DNA of 63,316 bases, counting the filler, from Choristocarpus tenellus KU-1152 (Eukaryota > Protista > Phaeophyceae), in the NCBI GenBank assembly GCA_964200185.2. It is 9 parts of 9 records of this genome, joined end to end, with 100 filler letters (N's around TTAATTAATTAA, not from the genome) between each part and the next. Parts side by side here need not be neighbours in the genome. Positions count along the whole stretch, not along the records: positions 16,321 to 24,405 come from CAXNAD020005172.1; positions 24,506 to 27,296 come from CAXNAD020024723.1; positions 27,397 to 35,409 come from CAXNAD020005270.1; 6 more parts are not named here. One strand, given 5' to 3'. The notes beneath the pieces are model-generated. The model saw nothing but the letters and a program-made list of their open reading frames with translations. It made no database searches and had not been told where the DNA came from. Shown here one piece after another: positions 20,250-34,200 of this stretch (its first letter is position 1; each line of letters starts with the position of its first letter). Both the position numbers and the translations under genes were made by a program.

Positions 20250-23200
20250 CTACATGGATCCTTCTTGAAGTATGCCCTCAAAGTTGACATTGCAAGTCAG
20301 CACTAAGGCACCTCGATCATTATCATCCCCACTGTCAACCAAGCCCCTGCTTACTACAGAGGAGGGTGGTACTGGGTGCTGGTCATTCTGCCAGAAAGCC
20401 TCCTCAGCGGCATTGGAATGATCCCAAAAGGGTAGGCCTCCTCCATCAATATAGATCTCATCTCCATCGCTGGTTACCTGACACACACAGATAGATAGGA
20501 TAATCAGCGGAACAACTTTTTATTAGCAAAACACTGCTTGACCATTATTAATATAACTGGAAACCAGTTAGTGCAATTAGATGATGTTGACAAGGAGTAA
20601 GATGCTCCGGACTGCGACAGGAATCTGATTCTTCTCAGTCCATAGATGTGTCACTTACATAGAGATTAATATACCATAGGTGTTTCACTTACATAAAGAT
20701 TAACATACCATAGGTGTGTCACTTACATAGAGATTAACATACCATAGGTGTTTCGCTTACATAAAGATTAACATACCATAGATGTGTCACTTACATAGAG
20801 ATTAACATACCAAATCATAGAAAAAGGCAATTTTGAAGACAAGCTCAAATACAGACATACATACCCACACATACAAAAATAAATGCAGAAAATTTTGAAA
20901 TTACTATATATCTATGTGCTCATTGTATTAGAAACCATCCACTTACATCAGTTATATTCAATTGGACTGAAGTGTTGTTCAAGAGAAGAACATCCCTTGT
21001 GAATCCTAACAAGGCTTCATGGAGTGTAATATTTATTTCTGCCCTGAGGTTTGCCCCATCTCGTGTGAAGTTGTCATGAGGTTCAGCCACCATAACAACC
21101 TTTTCAACAAAGAAATGCAAGGAAACATGGGGTTTTGGAACAATAGTAAGTGATTCGACATGGGGTGACATGTTAGCCTCGGCAACAAAGTACTCTCAGC
21201 AACCGGAAGGGTGCAGTAGTGAGTGAGGCAGGATGTAGTCCTTTCTTTATTACCAACCTGCCTATGGTCACCATACATTGTCTCGTGCTTCTAACTGCCT
21301 TATTTATATTCATTATTTGGGCTGTATAGTCAACAGTTTAGACAGTCACTCCTCTTTATCCCTAATTGTAAAGGGTACTGTATAAGAATCTTAGGCAGTG
21401 CTAACAACAATAATGCCGGTTGTTCATTCTCATTTTGGACACTCACTGTCCTGTGAAAACTAACTTCAATAAACTATGGAGTTTTGCTGTGCACTGTTTG
21501 CACAAGGTTGTATATTAGATGGACTTACAAGAGGGATACTCCAACAAAAAACAACAACTTATGAATGACTGCCTAAGGTTCTTGGCCAATACCTCAAAGG
21601 GGCTAACAATTTAGTGAAGAACATCAGCTAAAACATACCTACAGTAACCAGGAAAAGAGTTCTGTAGCTCTACAATGTCCAAAAATGTGTGGTCAGCCAC
21701 CCTTGCCTACTACTGGTACTATATGTTCAAGGAGTATTATAATGCCTGTTGCAGACTGTTATCTTACCACTAAGTTGCCGGCTTGGTGAAGAAACGACTG
21801 AGATCCCATCCCAACAAAGGACAATGAATACGTTTGTGGTGCCCCCTTTGGAAGGTGCAAGTGGACTGTTCTCCCCTCTCCATATTCACGGCGACCGGAG
21901 CACCTAATGCAGTAAGAATGCTCCTGATCAAGATACAAGCAGCAAGTCTCGTATAGCTTTTGACAACGTAGGAATCCCAGAAATTTCATATAGATATGAC
22001 AAAGTGATCATGAAGATGTTACCTCAATGTCCTGTACTGCAGTCCTCCCAAGTCATACTTCTCAGTGTTGAAGTCAATTGGAACGAAATATCAGAGCATT
22101 GAAGTTAGACTAAGAGAAGTGCTTTTCAAACGCCTGCTATGGCATGGTGTAAGATATCAAGCTTGAGCTGTATGATAGCCAGGAAGTGATACCTCTATTA
22201 ACTAACAATCCCTTTGATAATAACAAAAAAAAACACTTTTAACTTCTATTCTATTTGTTCTCATTTGCATTGAAAGACGGAACCAAAACATATTTATTTA
22301 TTTATTCTAGTGCATACCAATTTGCAACCCACACCTACCAATTTGATTCTCTTACCTTGAACAGGTCATACCCTTCTTAGGTACCTCACCATACCCGTGG
22401 CAGAGGGGACAAGTGGTCATTAACATCTGCTCCACATCGGTGCTGTATTGGTGCTCCACAGTCTTGGTTCCATTTTGGGCTGTTGATGAGCTGTAACAAA
22501 GTTGGTCGTGAGACAGTGCTAATATGGAGTAAGCCTGAGGGCTGATATTATTATTAGTAGTACTATTTTCACTACCAAGTATTTTGTTTGTTGCAGTTGT
22601 AAGAAGTCAACAAATTTCTCTATTGATAGGAATGCTCTTGACATATATGCAACAAATGCAGTGTCTTCCAGTCACACCTCCTACAGAATATGTTTCATGA
22701 TAGAACATGCGGCATGATATAATATAATGTTTATTGATAGAACATGTCAGATGATAAAATATAATATGTTTCATTATAGAACATGTCAGACGATGGAATA
22801 CGTCAGATGATAGAACATTTGGTTAATTTCAAATGGGCATCAATTAATCTACACGTGAAAGATGGAATGAAGGCCACTGCTTTCACTGGACACAGCCAAT
22901 GGGTGCAAGACCTGCTCCAATGATTCTGTTTAAAACACCATCTCACCTGCAGCATTTGCAAGGCCTCATTTGATGATCTTGAGCGCCCCTCCCATTGCAC
23001 AAAGGACATACAATATTTCGGTTATAGGTCACATTTAGCTCAGCCCCTGACAATGCAAGATGGGCAAGTGAATAAATGTAATGGTGTAATTCAGCTCCAA
23101 CAGTGTTCTTGATGAGTACGTAACACTTAGAAAGCAATGGAATTACAGATGTTACCATCCTGGCATCCTGCTGCCTCGAAACTGTGTTGCACCTTGGAGC

Positions 23201-23392
23201 AATGAAGATAGGGGATAGTTCACCGTAACCCGAGAGTCTTGAACAATCCCCCTGCGCAGCCCAAGCACACCCATGTTCAACTCAAATTTTCCATGCATAA
23301 ATTTTGTGGCAATGTAGAATGGGTCTTTGTCGTGCTCAACAGGTGTGGCATCCTCCAGGGGTATCTGATTTCGAGGGACAGGAGCTTCCCTG
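20250..23392 (-). CDS. DnaJ/Hsp40 class A-like protein (zinc finger plus C-terminal domain), 5' partial
   Basis: Phase-consistent exons about 23392-23193, 23046-22947, 22490-22356, 21903-21768, 21099-20947, 20477-20250 (stop). Motifs CPLCNGRG, CKCC, CPLCHGYG, CSRCSG, PHDNFTRDGANL..NITLHEALLGF and GGGLP. The J-domain is not on this contig. Confidence 0.85.
20641..20810. repeat. Intronic minisatellite, 5 x 34 bp, alternating A/B variants
   Basis: CATAGRTGTKTCRCTTACATARAGATTAAYATAC starts at 20641, 20675, 20709, 20743 and 20777. Confidence 0.95.
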
Positions 23393-26300
23393 CTAAGAGA
23401 ACAATAGTTGGTCATGACAAGGTGGATGACAATGGTGTTCTTCATCACCATGCTGCTCTCAATGTTCTTGCAAGGTAGCTTTGAGTCAAGTGTATCACAT
23501 GGCGAACAAGTGGTCGATGCTAGTTTCACCATTGATCTGACTCAATTGATCAAGGCTCCATATGGCAGACACAAAAATTACCCCCCACCATGTGGTTCCT
23601 CCCACACCATTTTCCACTAGTGGAAGCCCACCTGAACGGAGGGCCACCTGCATGGAATGAGACTGTTACCCTTCCTGGTGATCCAAATACAGCAGGTCTC
23701 TTGGTGTCTCCTGTCTGTTCCAAAGGTATAATTCCTGTCTCACGCAATAGTCTTGTCCCAGTATCATTGCCAATAATGAGGATTGGTATATTGACTAGTG
23801 AGCTCAAATGTTGACTGGAGCCCAGCGGGGTCTGTGCTCCCTTTGTGGCTGGAAGAGGCATTGGTGGAAAGGGGGGAAACTGGGAAGGAAGGGAGATGTT
23901 GGTGTTGCTGGTAGCCTTGTAGTGAAAATGTTGATGTGTAGAAGAGAGTAGGTACAACATATGATAAAGTATTGTATTGCTTACTATTTTAGATTCTGTT
24001 TTGTGGATAGACATTCTATGCCATGAACCGACTCTTTCAATTTAGACACCAAGGAACAGTGGAAGGGAACTATGACAATAGCTTGTTTCTATTTTTGTTT
24101 AATCAACAAAAAATGAACTCTCACTTGGGTTGGGCTAATGTCAGTATTGCAACATAACAATGTATCGGTGATATTTTATTACATGGATCAAATATGAATC
24201 AATTTCTAGTCAAGTTGTTTTTGTGAGGGACCTCAATACAGACATAAGCAGGAAAAATAAGGGCAATATGGGACTCTTTCCTTCACCTGACCATTTACCA
24301 CAAGAACAGCCTCTGCCCCATGAATCTGGGCATTGTAGGCCTTTGTATCAGGTAGGCAACCCCCCCTAGATTACACCGGCGATGGGACATTCACCACAAG
24401 AACACNNNNNNNNNNNNNNNNNNNNNNNNNNNNNNNNNNNNNNNNNNNNTTAATTAATTAANNNNNNNNNNNNNNNNNNNNNNNNNNNNNNNNNNNNNNN
24501 NNNNNGGGGGGGGAGGCAGGGGGGGGGGGGAGTGAAACTTATGAAAAGTGATTTGGAAGTCAGGAGGGGGTGTTGTGTTGTGAATAAATCAAAACACTTT
24601 ACTCTTAGAAGGAGGGAAGAGATGGAGAAAGACAAATGACAGTATTGGCTCCCTGGGAGCAGGAAGAGGGGTGGGGAGGGGAGGGGGGATCTACCCACCC
24701 ACCCACGTACCCCTGTTGTTCTCGGACTCAATTGGGGAGGAGTTAGAGGAGGGGAGCAGTTTGAGGAGGGTTGCCTATTGCATTCAAGCATTCGGTGATT
24801 TTTGTTAATTTGTGGAAATGGTGTTTCCTCTCATTTGATTTTTTTTTCTGCATGTTGAGAGACTGCTGTTGCCGTAGCAAGGTAGGAGGGTGTGTTGTGA
24901 TATGTGCCTGGCTGCTACAGGTTGGCTGTGTGTTGTTGGTCTTGGATGAGGGTGGATTATGTGTGATAAGACTCCTGTCAGATGGGAACAATCTCGCGAA
25001 CTGGAATATTTGCTTTGTGAGCGGAATGGGTTTTGAGGGAAGACACCCCCATTTTTGTGCAAAGGGGCGGATGGAATGCTAGGTAAGTGCATTGCTGCTG
25101 TCTTATTTAGTGCATTATTGTAGTGAGAGTGTGTTGACTCACAAAAAGAAAAAAGATGGAACCGTTTTGTTGGGGACAACATGGTGAAGAAAGGAATTAG
25201 AATTAAAAAAAATGGATAAAACATGGTGTCCATCATTGTGAGAAGCTTTAATGTGGCCAGAATTTATTTGGTGTTGATGAGCAGGGTGCGGGTGCATTCT
25301 TGTCTGTTGTGAACAGCAGGCTGAAGTCGAGGGGGTAGGGGGGGGNNNNNNNNNGTTGTGAACAGCAGGTTGAAGTAGGGGGGGTGGGGGGGGGGGGTTG
25401 AATGAAAGATTTGGGTTGGTTGAGAAGCAGAACGGGCAAGGAAGGCGAAATGGTGGAGATTAGGCTTGGTATATGGCTTCATGTTACTATGCTATCTGGA
25501 TTGTGTGGGAAACAAGTTGGTTGTTGAAGGAGGGTGCCCATTGAGTGTGATTCAGTGGGCGGGACTGGGTAGAAGAGTGCATAAGCAAAGATCTGGGAGG
25601 GAGTTTAGGGCAGGTCCTTTGCCAACCAAGGGCAGGACCTGTTGCTTGTGCATGCGTCTCAGGCATTCAGTGACTTGGTGTCATTTGTACTGACGAGCAA
25701 GCATCATTCATTGCCTCGTATTTTGTTCTCCACACTTCAATCATGCTGTGTGTTATGTTTTCTTTAGAGGTGCTGGCGAAGACATGTGTTTATTTTGCTG
25801 CACCGATGGACTGAGAGTGACTAAACTGTGTGCGCTCTTCTTGTCATGATGCATCATAGTCGTTTCATATAGTCATGTCTTGCGTTATGATGATGTGAAC
25901 GGCAGGTAGGTATGAGTATCTATCTTCCTATCCATCTTCTCTGGTAGTTACAGGTCAAGATCAATTCAGTCGATGATGGTGTTTGCTATGCGTATATATA
26001 TACTGTTAAGTATATATTATATATGTATGTAGGTGATTGCCAGCTTTCTTTTGCTCCATTTCTTCTGTTTATCTTGTGTGGCATGAGAAAATGAGAAAGA
26101 CATGTGATTCCCAGTTACAGGAGCATCTGCAAGCACGTAAGTTAGCTATGCAAAAAAACTGTGTACATAGTAGTACATAGTATATACATAGTATGTAGGA
26201 AGGCAGGTGTTTGGAGCATGTATCTTCTGCTCTCCTCTTTTCTTGACTGGACTGGAGTGGAGTAGTCTTCTCTGGCTTTTCTCTTTTTGCAGTTTGGCTA

Positions 26301-27413
26301 GCTAGCTGTATACATTTGGCATTCTGGTGGGATAGGGTAGAGGGCAAGTAGAACAGGGAGAAATGGAGGGAGGGTGAGTTAGATGAGGCTGGGGATGATA
26401 CTGCCATTGTCATCTCGTTGTTACATGACTTGACCCTGATCCATACCCTTTTTGTATCTTGCATGGCAACCTAGAAAAGGAGGAAGCGATATCAGTCACC
26501 TCACAGCCTGACTGGTGGTGGTGTGTCTTGCCACTGTCTTGTTCAGTATAATAGCAAGAAGGTGCATTTACTCACGTTGTGTGTAGGGTGTTTGCAGCTT
26601 GAATAATGAAAAGAACTGAAGACATGAGAAGAAAGCAGGCATGGGCGATGGGTGACTTCAACGCTTCTGTTCTATGACATACCATCCATCTTCGATTTTG
26701 TTTCAAATTATACGATGTGCATATTGCAATACATCTCTATATAGGTAGATATTGGACTAAAGAAACGCAATTCAATATTTTCTTACTTTCCTGAACATGT
26801 AAACTGTCAACCAATAATGCAATGATTTCATTGTCCACTCCATACACCTCCCAATTAGACAGATTAGGGTGAGGGGGAATATTCCTCTGTTATTGACTGA
26901 CCTAACTAACTAAACCAAGTAATTTTGAGTGGTCGATCTTCCCATGCTTTCTCGAAGTATCTTGGTACTAATATTATTATGCCGAGAGGTTAGTGAGACC
27001 CCGAAGCAGTGTCACGTGTGAAAGCTCTTTATCGTAAATTTATGTTGATTAGTTTTGCTATATTTTTTATTCGTTTGGTTGCTTCCTTTTTGTTTGTTGT
27101 GTGTTTCAATTTTTCAGAAAATATTATTTTACCTTCTATTTTCGCTGGTTGTGGTTCTTATTCACTTTATTTACGTGTTTTAAGTTACTTTGTTGTTCAC
27201 ATTAGTCTGAGAGGTCCCAAACCTGGTGGTCGAAAGGTAGTCAGAGAAAGGCAATACACAATGAACGGGGGATTCGCAAAATTGAGGGAGGAGCGGNNNN
27301 NNNNNNNNNNNNNNNNNNNNNNNNNNNNNNNNNNNNNNNNTTAATTAATTAANNNNNNNNNNNNNNNNNNNNNNNNNNNNNNNNNNNNNNNNNNNNCCCA
27401 GATACTTTGAGCC

Positions 27414-27510
27414 TCCAACCTAGCTTAGTCCTGCACCCCAGGGTTAGGAGCTAGGAAAGCATCCCAAGAATCTATTAAGCCCCTCCTTGCCCATCTCCCT
27501 GGTGTCTCCA
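27414..27510 (+). repeat. Dispersed repeat of about 100 bp
   Basis: Similar to 45130-45225 (TCCTGCACCCC..GGAGCTAGG..GCATCC.AAGAATC...GCCCATCTCCCTGGTG), with a partial copy near 30687-30717. Confidence 0.7.
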
Positions 27511-27619
27511 GCGTATTTGGCATCATACAGTATTTCCTGTTTTTGGCTGATTATTGTTTTGTGTTATTTTGCGTGTTATTAGCGGATAGTCGTATTTTAC
27601 GTCCATTTGTATGAGTAAG

Positions 27620-28250
27620 TCAATCTGTGCATGGACTTGTTGACAGTGGTTGTGAAGGTGGACACATAATTCGGTCTAATCGTGCTGCACTAAACACAGA
27701 GACTATGTGTCTTCAGCCTCCGAAATAGACTGCAGATACCGTGCAGATCCAGGCACTGGACAAGGTCTAGAAAAAAGCCTGTAACTTTGTTTACCTTGGG
27801 GATAAGTAGACCACTTGAGCTTGCAAACTCTTCCTATGCTGCATTGGGTTCCGCAAATAGGAACGTACCGATCATGTTCCGTCCTATAAAGGTGCTCTTG
27901 TGAAGACTGGGTGGGAGAGTATTGAGCCAACTGCGCGCAAGTGGAGACCCCTATTCTCTGGGTCAGTTGCACCAATCAGGGATGAGCGAATTCCCATAGT
28001 GTTGATGTTTGTTGAGGTTGTGACTTGAAAAACGGAAGCAATGTGGACAGGAGAAGAATCGGTGGATATACCTCCAAGATGACCTTGAAACGTTAGGATT
28101 GTGTTGGAGGGTTGGAGCACCAGGACTAGCAGCCAACAGAGGTAGTGTGAGTGTGTGACAGCCGGTACATCGAGCTTCATGGCAGAGTGGTATCGCAAGG
28201 AAGCTGTGGTAGCTAATGTACGCCACGCTAAAGCAGCAGCTAAGTTGCCC
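27620..28250 (+). mobile_element. LINE ORF2 3' end remnant
   Basis: CIGFRK*ERTDHVPSYKGALVKTGWESIE..RKWR...GQEKNRW..LQDDL...SFMAEWYRKE..RHAK resembles the post-RT tail of RTE-like LINEs. In-frame stops. Confidence 0.7.
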
Positions 28251-31200
28251 AGGTCATCAACGCAACTATTATCACTTTACTTTTTGGGTTGAATTCTTCC
28301 ATTGATATTTTTGTTTTTTTTCTTCTCTTCAACCTTTCATTTTGTATTGCAGCGTTTTCTTCACCTGTTAGTTGTTTTATTTTATTCCATTTTTTTCACT
28401 GCTTTTGTGCTTCTTTTATTTTCTGTCATTGTTCCCTTTCTTAAGCAGTGCCTTTTGCATTCTCTGGACAATTTATACCTTTTTCGACAACGGGTCAAGG
28501 ATCCCTCACATAAAAGTGATGAATAATAATAAATAGAAATTATTACTTTTATCATTGTGCATTGAAGCCACCACTTCCAAACCAAGTCATGAAGGTATAT
28601 GACCACAGTATTTGAAACAAAGACCCTTCTCCTCGTAGTCGTGAGGCCATGGACTTGAGATCAGAGTCATGAGGTGTGATGATGATGATGACGGCAATGA
28701 TGATGTTGGGGATAGTGGAGATGGTGTGGGTGGTGGAAGCGCAGGAGGTGCAGGAGGTGCAGTGGTTAATGTCATGCATGGTCATGTGGGATAACAAAAA
28801 AAAGAAGAGGCAAAAACGTGTTGGTGTGGAGTGGAGGGGTAATGCCCACGCGTCCCTCCCTGTGGATGACTGCTATGTGGCAAAAAAAAAATGTACTCCA
28901 CGTTATGGTGATGTTTTTGAATTGATTTGAGTGTCCAGTACAGGAACAGTCCCGCAATAACAAGCGACGATACGACTACCCTATTACTGCGCCACCAGTG
29001 AAATAAAGAGAGTAGGAACGACAATAAAGGGTACATTGTTCTTTTTTCTGCTCGGTGCGAGCGTAGGGGTACTGACGGGGGGGGGGGGCTACTTCATGGT
29101 TGGTTAGGTTATTGTGAACACAGCACCCTACCAGCCACTGATGATGTATGAGAACAGGAGTTGAAGTTGACATGGCTAAGCCTTAAGAACCGTGATGGGC
29201 TCAAAACCCTTGGAGTTACCTTCGAACACCATGTTCGTAAGTTCTTTACTCCGAAGTAAATAATTCTCACGTCTAACAGAGGACAAAGAAGATCAAGGAG
29301 AGGAACTTGAAGATGGAGCGAAAAAAGGAGCCCTGGACCACACAGGGGTTTGATCTTGACACGAGATGGGAGTGAAGTGAAGGGGTGGTTACACCTTGCA
29401 ACAACCTCGACAAGAAGTTCGTTCCGCCCCATGTATTGGAAGCCATCAAGGAGACCTGGAAACTCAAGGACAGACTTGAAAACTCAAGGACAGAAAAGGG
29501 AGTGTGCCCTGGCACCTCAAATGTGCCCTGCACCAACGACAACACTAACCCCTACTAGTACCACTAGCTCTACTGAGAGTGGTAGATCATAGAGTAGTGC
29601 TATGTGGTGGTATTGTATTACCACTGATTTCAGGAACTTTGCCCTCTGACTTTGCCCGCCTATCTATACTTCTAGACCCCTCCACCCTTCGATATCCTCG
29701 TTGCTTGTGCTTCCCCATCCTTCTTGATCTACATATGACTTACTATATATATCATATCCTGTTGGGTTTTTTTTGTTTTCCTTTAGTCATCCTATCCTAG
29801 TCTAGAAGGGGGTCTTGGTAATTTAGGGTTCCTTCAACCATCTGCCTGACACCTCATTTCCATACCTCAAACGCAGCTACCCCTCTTTGGAGATTGTGAA
29901 TGTAGGAAAAAAGACAACCATATTTCCACATACAAGAGCGTAATAGACCTCCAGTGTGCTAGAAGCACATATAGTAGGAGGCAGTCGCAGGGGTTCAAAT
30001 ACTGAACGACACACCCCTCTAAGACACTATAGGGTGCCTCTTTGTTATATTTCACATGGTGCAACTGCCTGGTGGGTGCTTTCAGACTACTACAGGTGTG
30101 GGCAGAAGAAAGAACAAATGCCGTTAGGTCCAGTCGTATAGTCCGTGACTTGTCGTCTGTTGTTGTCCACCTCTTACTGTATTCCCCATCTAGTCATTGT
30201 ACATACACCAATCGATATGTACATCCACCCATCCCCTTTCTTGTTAGTGACACTCCTTGTGTATTTTCCTTGATACTACCCATCTCATTCTTCGAAACGT
30301 CAAGGGTACGTATGTGTGTGTGTTCGTCTCATCCATCGCAATGTCATTAGCATTGTGTTAATGACATATATTTCTACTTATTTAAAGATATCTGCTAGCA
30401 CCCTCATCGAGTAAGAACAAGTTGTTTGTGTCTTTTTGGGACAAATGATATTGACATGATGATTGTGAGATACCACCACCTTTACTACTTACTTCAACTT
30501 CAAAATTATTTTATTATTGTGTCCTCTGACATTCTCCAAATGTGTCAAGGGAGAACCAATGAGAAGTAAATTAAATATCAGAACAACTCCTGAAAAAGTT
30601 AACAGGTGTCCTAAATGTGAAAGGCATTTTTCTATAATCAATTTCCTATTTTACTACCAGCTATGCTACACCACTCCCCCTCCTATGCCTCCAACTTAGC
30701 TTAGCCCTACACCCCCAAGCGAAGAATTATTGTACGTTGCCTCTATTGTCAATGCTAATGAAGTAAAAAAATATTAGAAATGAGGTCACAAGTGAACATG
30801 TGAGTGATCGAAATTCTAATAACGTAAAACAAAACGAAAACAAAACAAAACCTCTTCGCTTCCAAAATGTTGCTTCAATCCTTTGGCTGTTATAAGTCAA
30901 AAGTAATCTCTGTGAAAAAGTAGTACTAGATATTTGTGAAACAGATGGAAACAAGCCAACAGGTTCTTCGTACGGAAGGGGAGTGGGAAGATCCACAGGA
31001 GGCAAGGGAAAAGGAGAGAGACAAGATAAGATGGAGAGCAACCCCTCAGAACATCACTCAGGAAAAGAGTGAACAAGTGGTAAGTGAATGAGGGGGTTTG
31101 GAAGGTCCCTCAAAACCACCCCCTATTTACTTCAAGCAGATTTTACTTTCAACATTCAAAACAAATGTCATATGAGTATCAGATTCTTCATGATAGGTTT

Positions 31201-34200
31201 ACCTTCAAGGTGTACCTTCTTTGGAAGATGGCTTCTCACTTATTAATAGTACTATGTGCTGCGTACATAGTATTTTGAATGTTTGTCGCATATACTCTGG
31301 AATGTAATTATTTTATGTATCACACACAGCATACTACATTCGACGTAGCATACGGTCGGCAGAATATTACACAAATTAATTATCAATACAACCATCACGA
31401 TTATCCTTCTTTATTGTTCGTCCTTCCTTTGTGTGTGTTGACTCATACTCTGGAGTAGATTAATGCACTGCCTACCTTTCACCATTCACTCACTACTCGT
31501 CACCTTCTACATAGTACCAAGAACAAATAGACACGAGGAACAACATTAGTGGCGTGCACGCATACCACCACTGGCAATAGCAACCGAGCCATCCTATCTC
31601 AGAGGAGGGTCTATTTAGGCATTTCTGAGTATTCAGTGCTAACCTTTTTCCTGGCACCCTGTCATCTCTAAAGAGGCAATAAAATCCGACACCAACACAA
31701 AAAATCAATCAATGAAGTAGAGGTTGAAGGTCGAAAGCAAAGGATCAATGTTGTAGTTTGTATCAGATATGGATATTGTGTTCTACAGAGACTAAGGGAC
31801 GTACCTTAGTGGGTTTGCAGGGCTGGACGTCTTGGAAACCACACTGAGTTGTGGATAGATGGTTTAATCGAGTGGAGGTATACTTGCATTGTATTGCCGA
31901 AGTTGTTGTGTGATCATCATCCTAGCATGTGTCGTTGAAGGGTCGTTGAAATTGATTATCTCCAGGAGTTAAATGTAGAATGTACAGGTTGATTGCAAAA
32001 CTTGGAATTGACACTCCAGAAGTCCAACATTCGAAATATTAATTGTTTGTTCAGTATGTAAGGGAGAGTTCCGGCTTTTGTCATTACTGTTTTTTGTTGC
32101 CAGTAGCTATTATTGTAGATGCTAGGATAAGGAATGAGATGTAGAAATATCACGGGCAATTACATTTGTTCTACCTACCACTACTGTTCAACAGCTAGGA
32201 AATCTATGCCGCCAGCACCCAGGGACAACAATATTTATTATTTGAAGAGTGTGCCTCGCAGTTTTTCGTGTTGAGAAATTTTGTGCGGAAACGCCAACAA
32301 TGGCTCTCCACTTCTGGCGATACTTGTGCCGTCAGATAAAAAACTCTGCCTAGTTCACCAGAAGAATAATGGGAAGAAAATCCCGACCCTAGCAACCCAT
32401 TTCTCAACTAATTATTGTTTTTTAGAGTATTGTGCCAAGGACGCCAAAAAGTCTAGCCTAAATAAAGATAGTGATCTTGGTGGTATGTCAAGTGTTTGGA
32501 TAGATATTTTTGGGAAGAGGGTATGAACCGTTTGCCAAGGCTTGCAAATACTAAGGAGGCACATAAAATGCGGATAGCTTTCGAGAGTCAACGATAGCAC
32601 TGGAAAATAATCGGATAAATTTGTCTCTTTTTCCCCCCTCCAAACCCCTTTCAACTTTGACGCAAATTCTTGTAATGACACCATGGTTGCTGCATCCACC
32701 CTCCTATGTTTGTTTGCTGCTGCTCTTCTTTTCCCTCGATGTTCCTGCCCAACATATGATTAGGTGTAAATCGACGCCACTATTGAAACTGCATGTATCT
32801 AGTGCCCCATTGAGCTTCCTGTTTTTTCACCCATAGCTGTGCACACCCTTCAAGACTCACTTGTTATATCTAAACTCCTGTCCCCCACCCTTCATATTGT
32901 CCTGCTGTCTAATGATGATGCATCTCTTCTCCCCCGCTATGCCATGTACATCCACTGCTTTTGATGCTGTACGCCCTATTTATTTGTTCCAACCATGGGT
33001 CAAACTCAATTCAAATTTCTTCCTTACATGCATTGTCCAGTGTTCTCTCTGTCCATGTCCCTACCTGCCATGTGTTCCCTACCCCATCTTTTGTGAGGAA
33101 AATACTATCTTCCCCCTCTATTGCTAGAACGGTATCAAATTGTTTCATACCCTCTACGCCATAAGGCAGTCCACAAACATGCTAGCAACGACAACCGCTG
33201 CACAGAGGATACCGAGAACGCCATGGGCTACACTGGCGCGTGTGAGGCAAAAGACTGGTGCAAAATGACAGGCACGGCTTACATTTTCAAAGATGTTCAG
33301 CGCCCTCCGAATTTAGTAATATTTCGTCTAAACTACTTGTATTTCTTTCTCCTGACATTCTTCCATGGAAACTTCGACGATTAGACATGGTGTGGCTATC
33401 CTGTGTATTGTCACCTTCCGGCCGTCACTGTGTAACACCCAAAACGTCCCAAAATGACGTTATGATACGCACGGGCCATTACGTTGTCGTCCTCTCTCAA
33501 CTCGGCGTGGAGTGCACACATGACAGCATCTATGTTTCCTCTTCTGAGGCAAACAAAGAAAGGGAAGCTTCTAACTTCTCGAATGCTTTCTGGATGGAAC
33601 GAATGAGAATTTCCTTTCTGATCACAGACATCAACAAACAAATCGGCGAACAGAAAAGATTGGGAGGATGATGGACAGTTCAGGCCCCAACGTCTACATT
33701 CCTAGGTAAAACATTTCATTCAAGCCGAGAGATATGCAAGCATATATAGGATTGAAAAGAATATTACGATTACTCGAGCCCTGTCACTTATGGTGCCCTT
33801 CTCCCCCTGCCGCCGCCCCAATAATACCTTCAGGTATGGAGTCTATCGCATCTTTTAGAGCAGATATGAGCCCAGTGCCCACTCGACGTATGCGGAGGCG
33901 AGGTATGTGCCTGTCCAGATGACCACTTCCTTCCTCCTGAGCCGAAGTACTACCCTGAGGTGACAGAGTCTTACCCTCACCATTGGTGCCAGCCGAGAGT
34001 TGGGCATATGCGACCCCATGGGTATATGCTCGGACTCTTGAGAAGAGGAATCCACAGGTGGTAATTGGTCGATCACAGCCAGCTTTCTACTGGTGCCCGT
34101 AGTTGCCGCCTCCACTCGTTCATATTGAACATATACACTCCAAATTTTGTAGGAAACCTATACGTACTACCCGTACTCCACAGAATCTCGACCAGATACA

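Noticed and set aside
20641-20810. 34-bp repeats as a CRISPR array
   Set aside because: Units are contiguous with no unique spacers, the context is a eukaryotic intron, and no cas genes are present.
23550-24014. 154-aa ORF as the DnaJ N-terminus
   Set aside because: No HPD/J-domain features and no supported splice link.
25300-25400. Duplicated GTTGTGAACAGCAGG..GAAGT around a 9-N gap
   Set aside because: Probably an unmerged overlap at a scaffolding gap in G-rich sequence.
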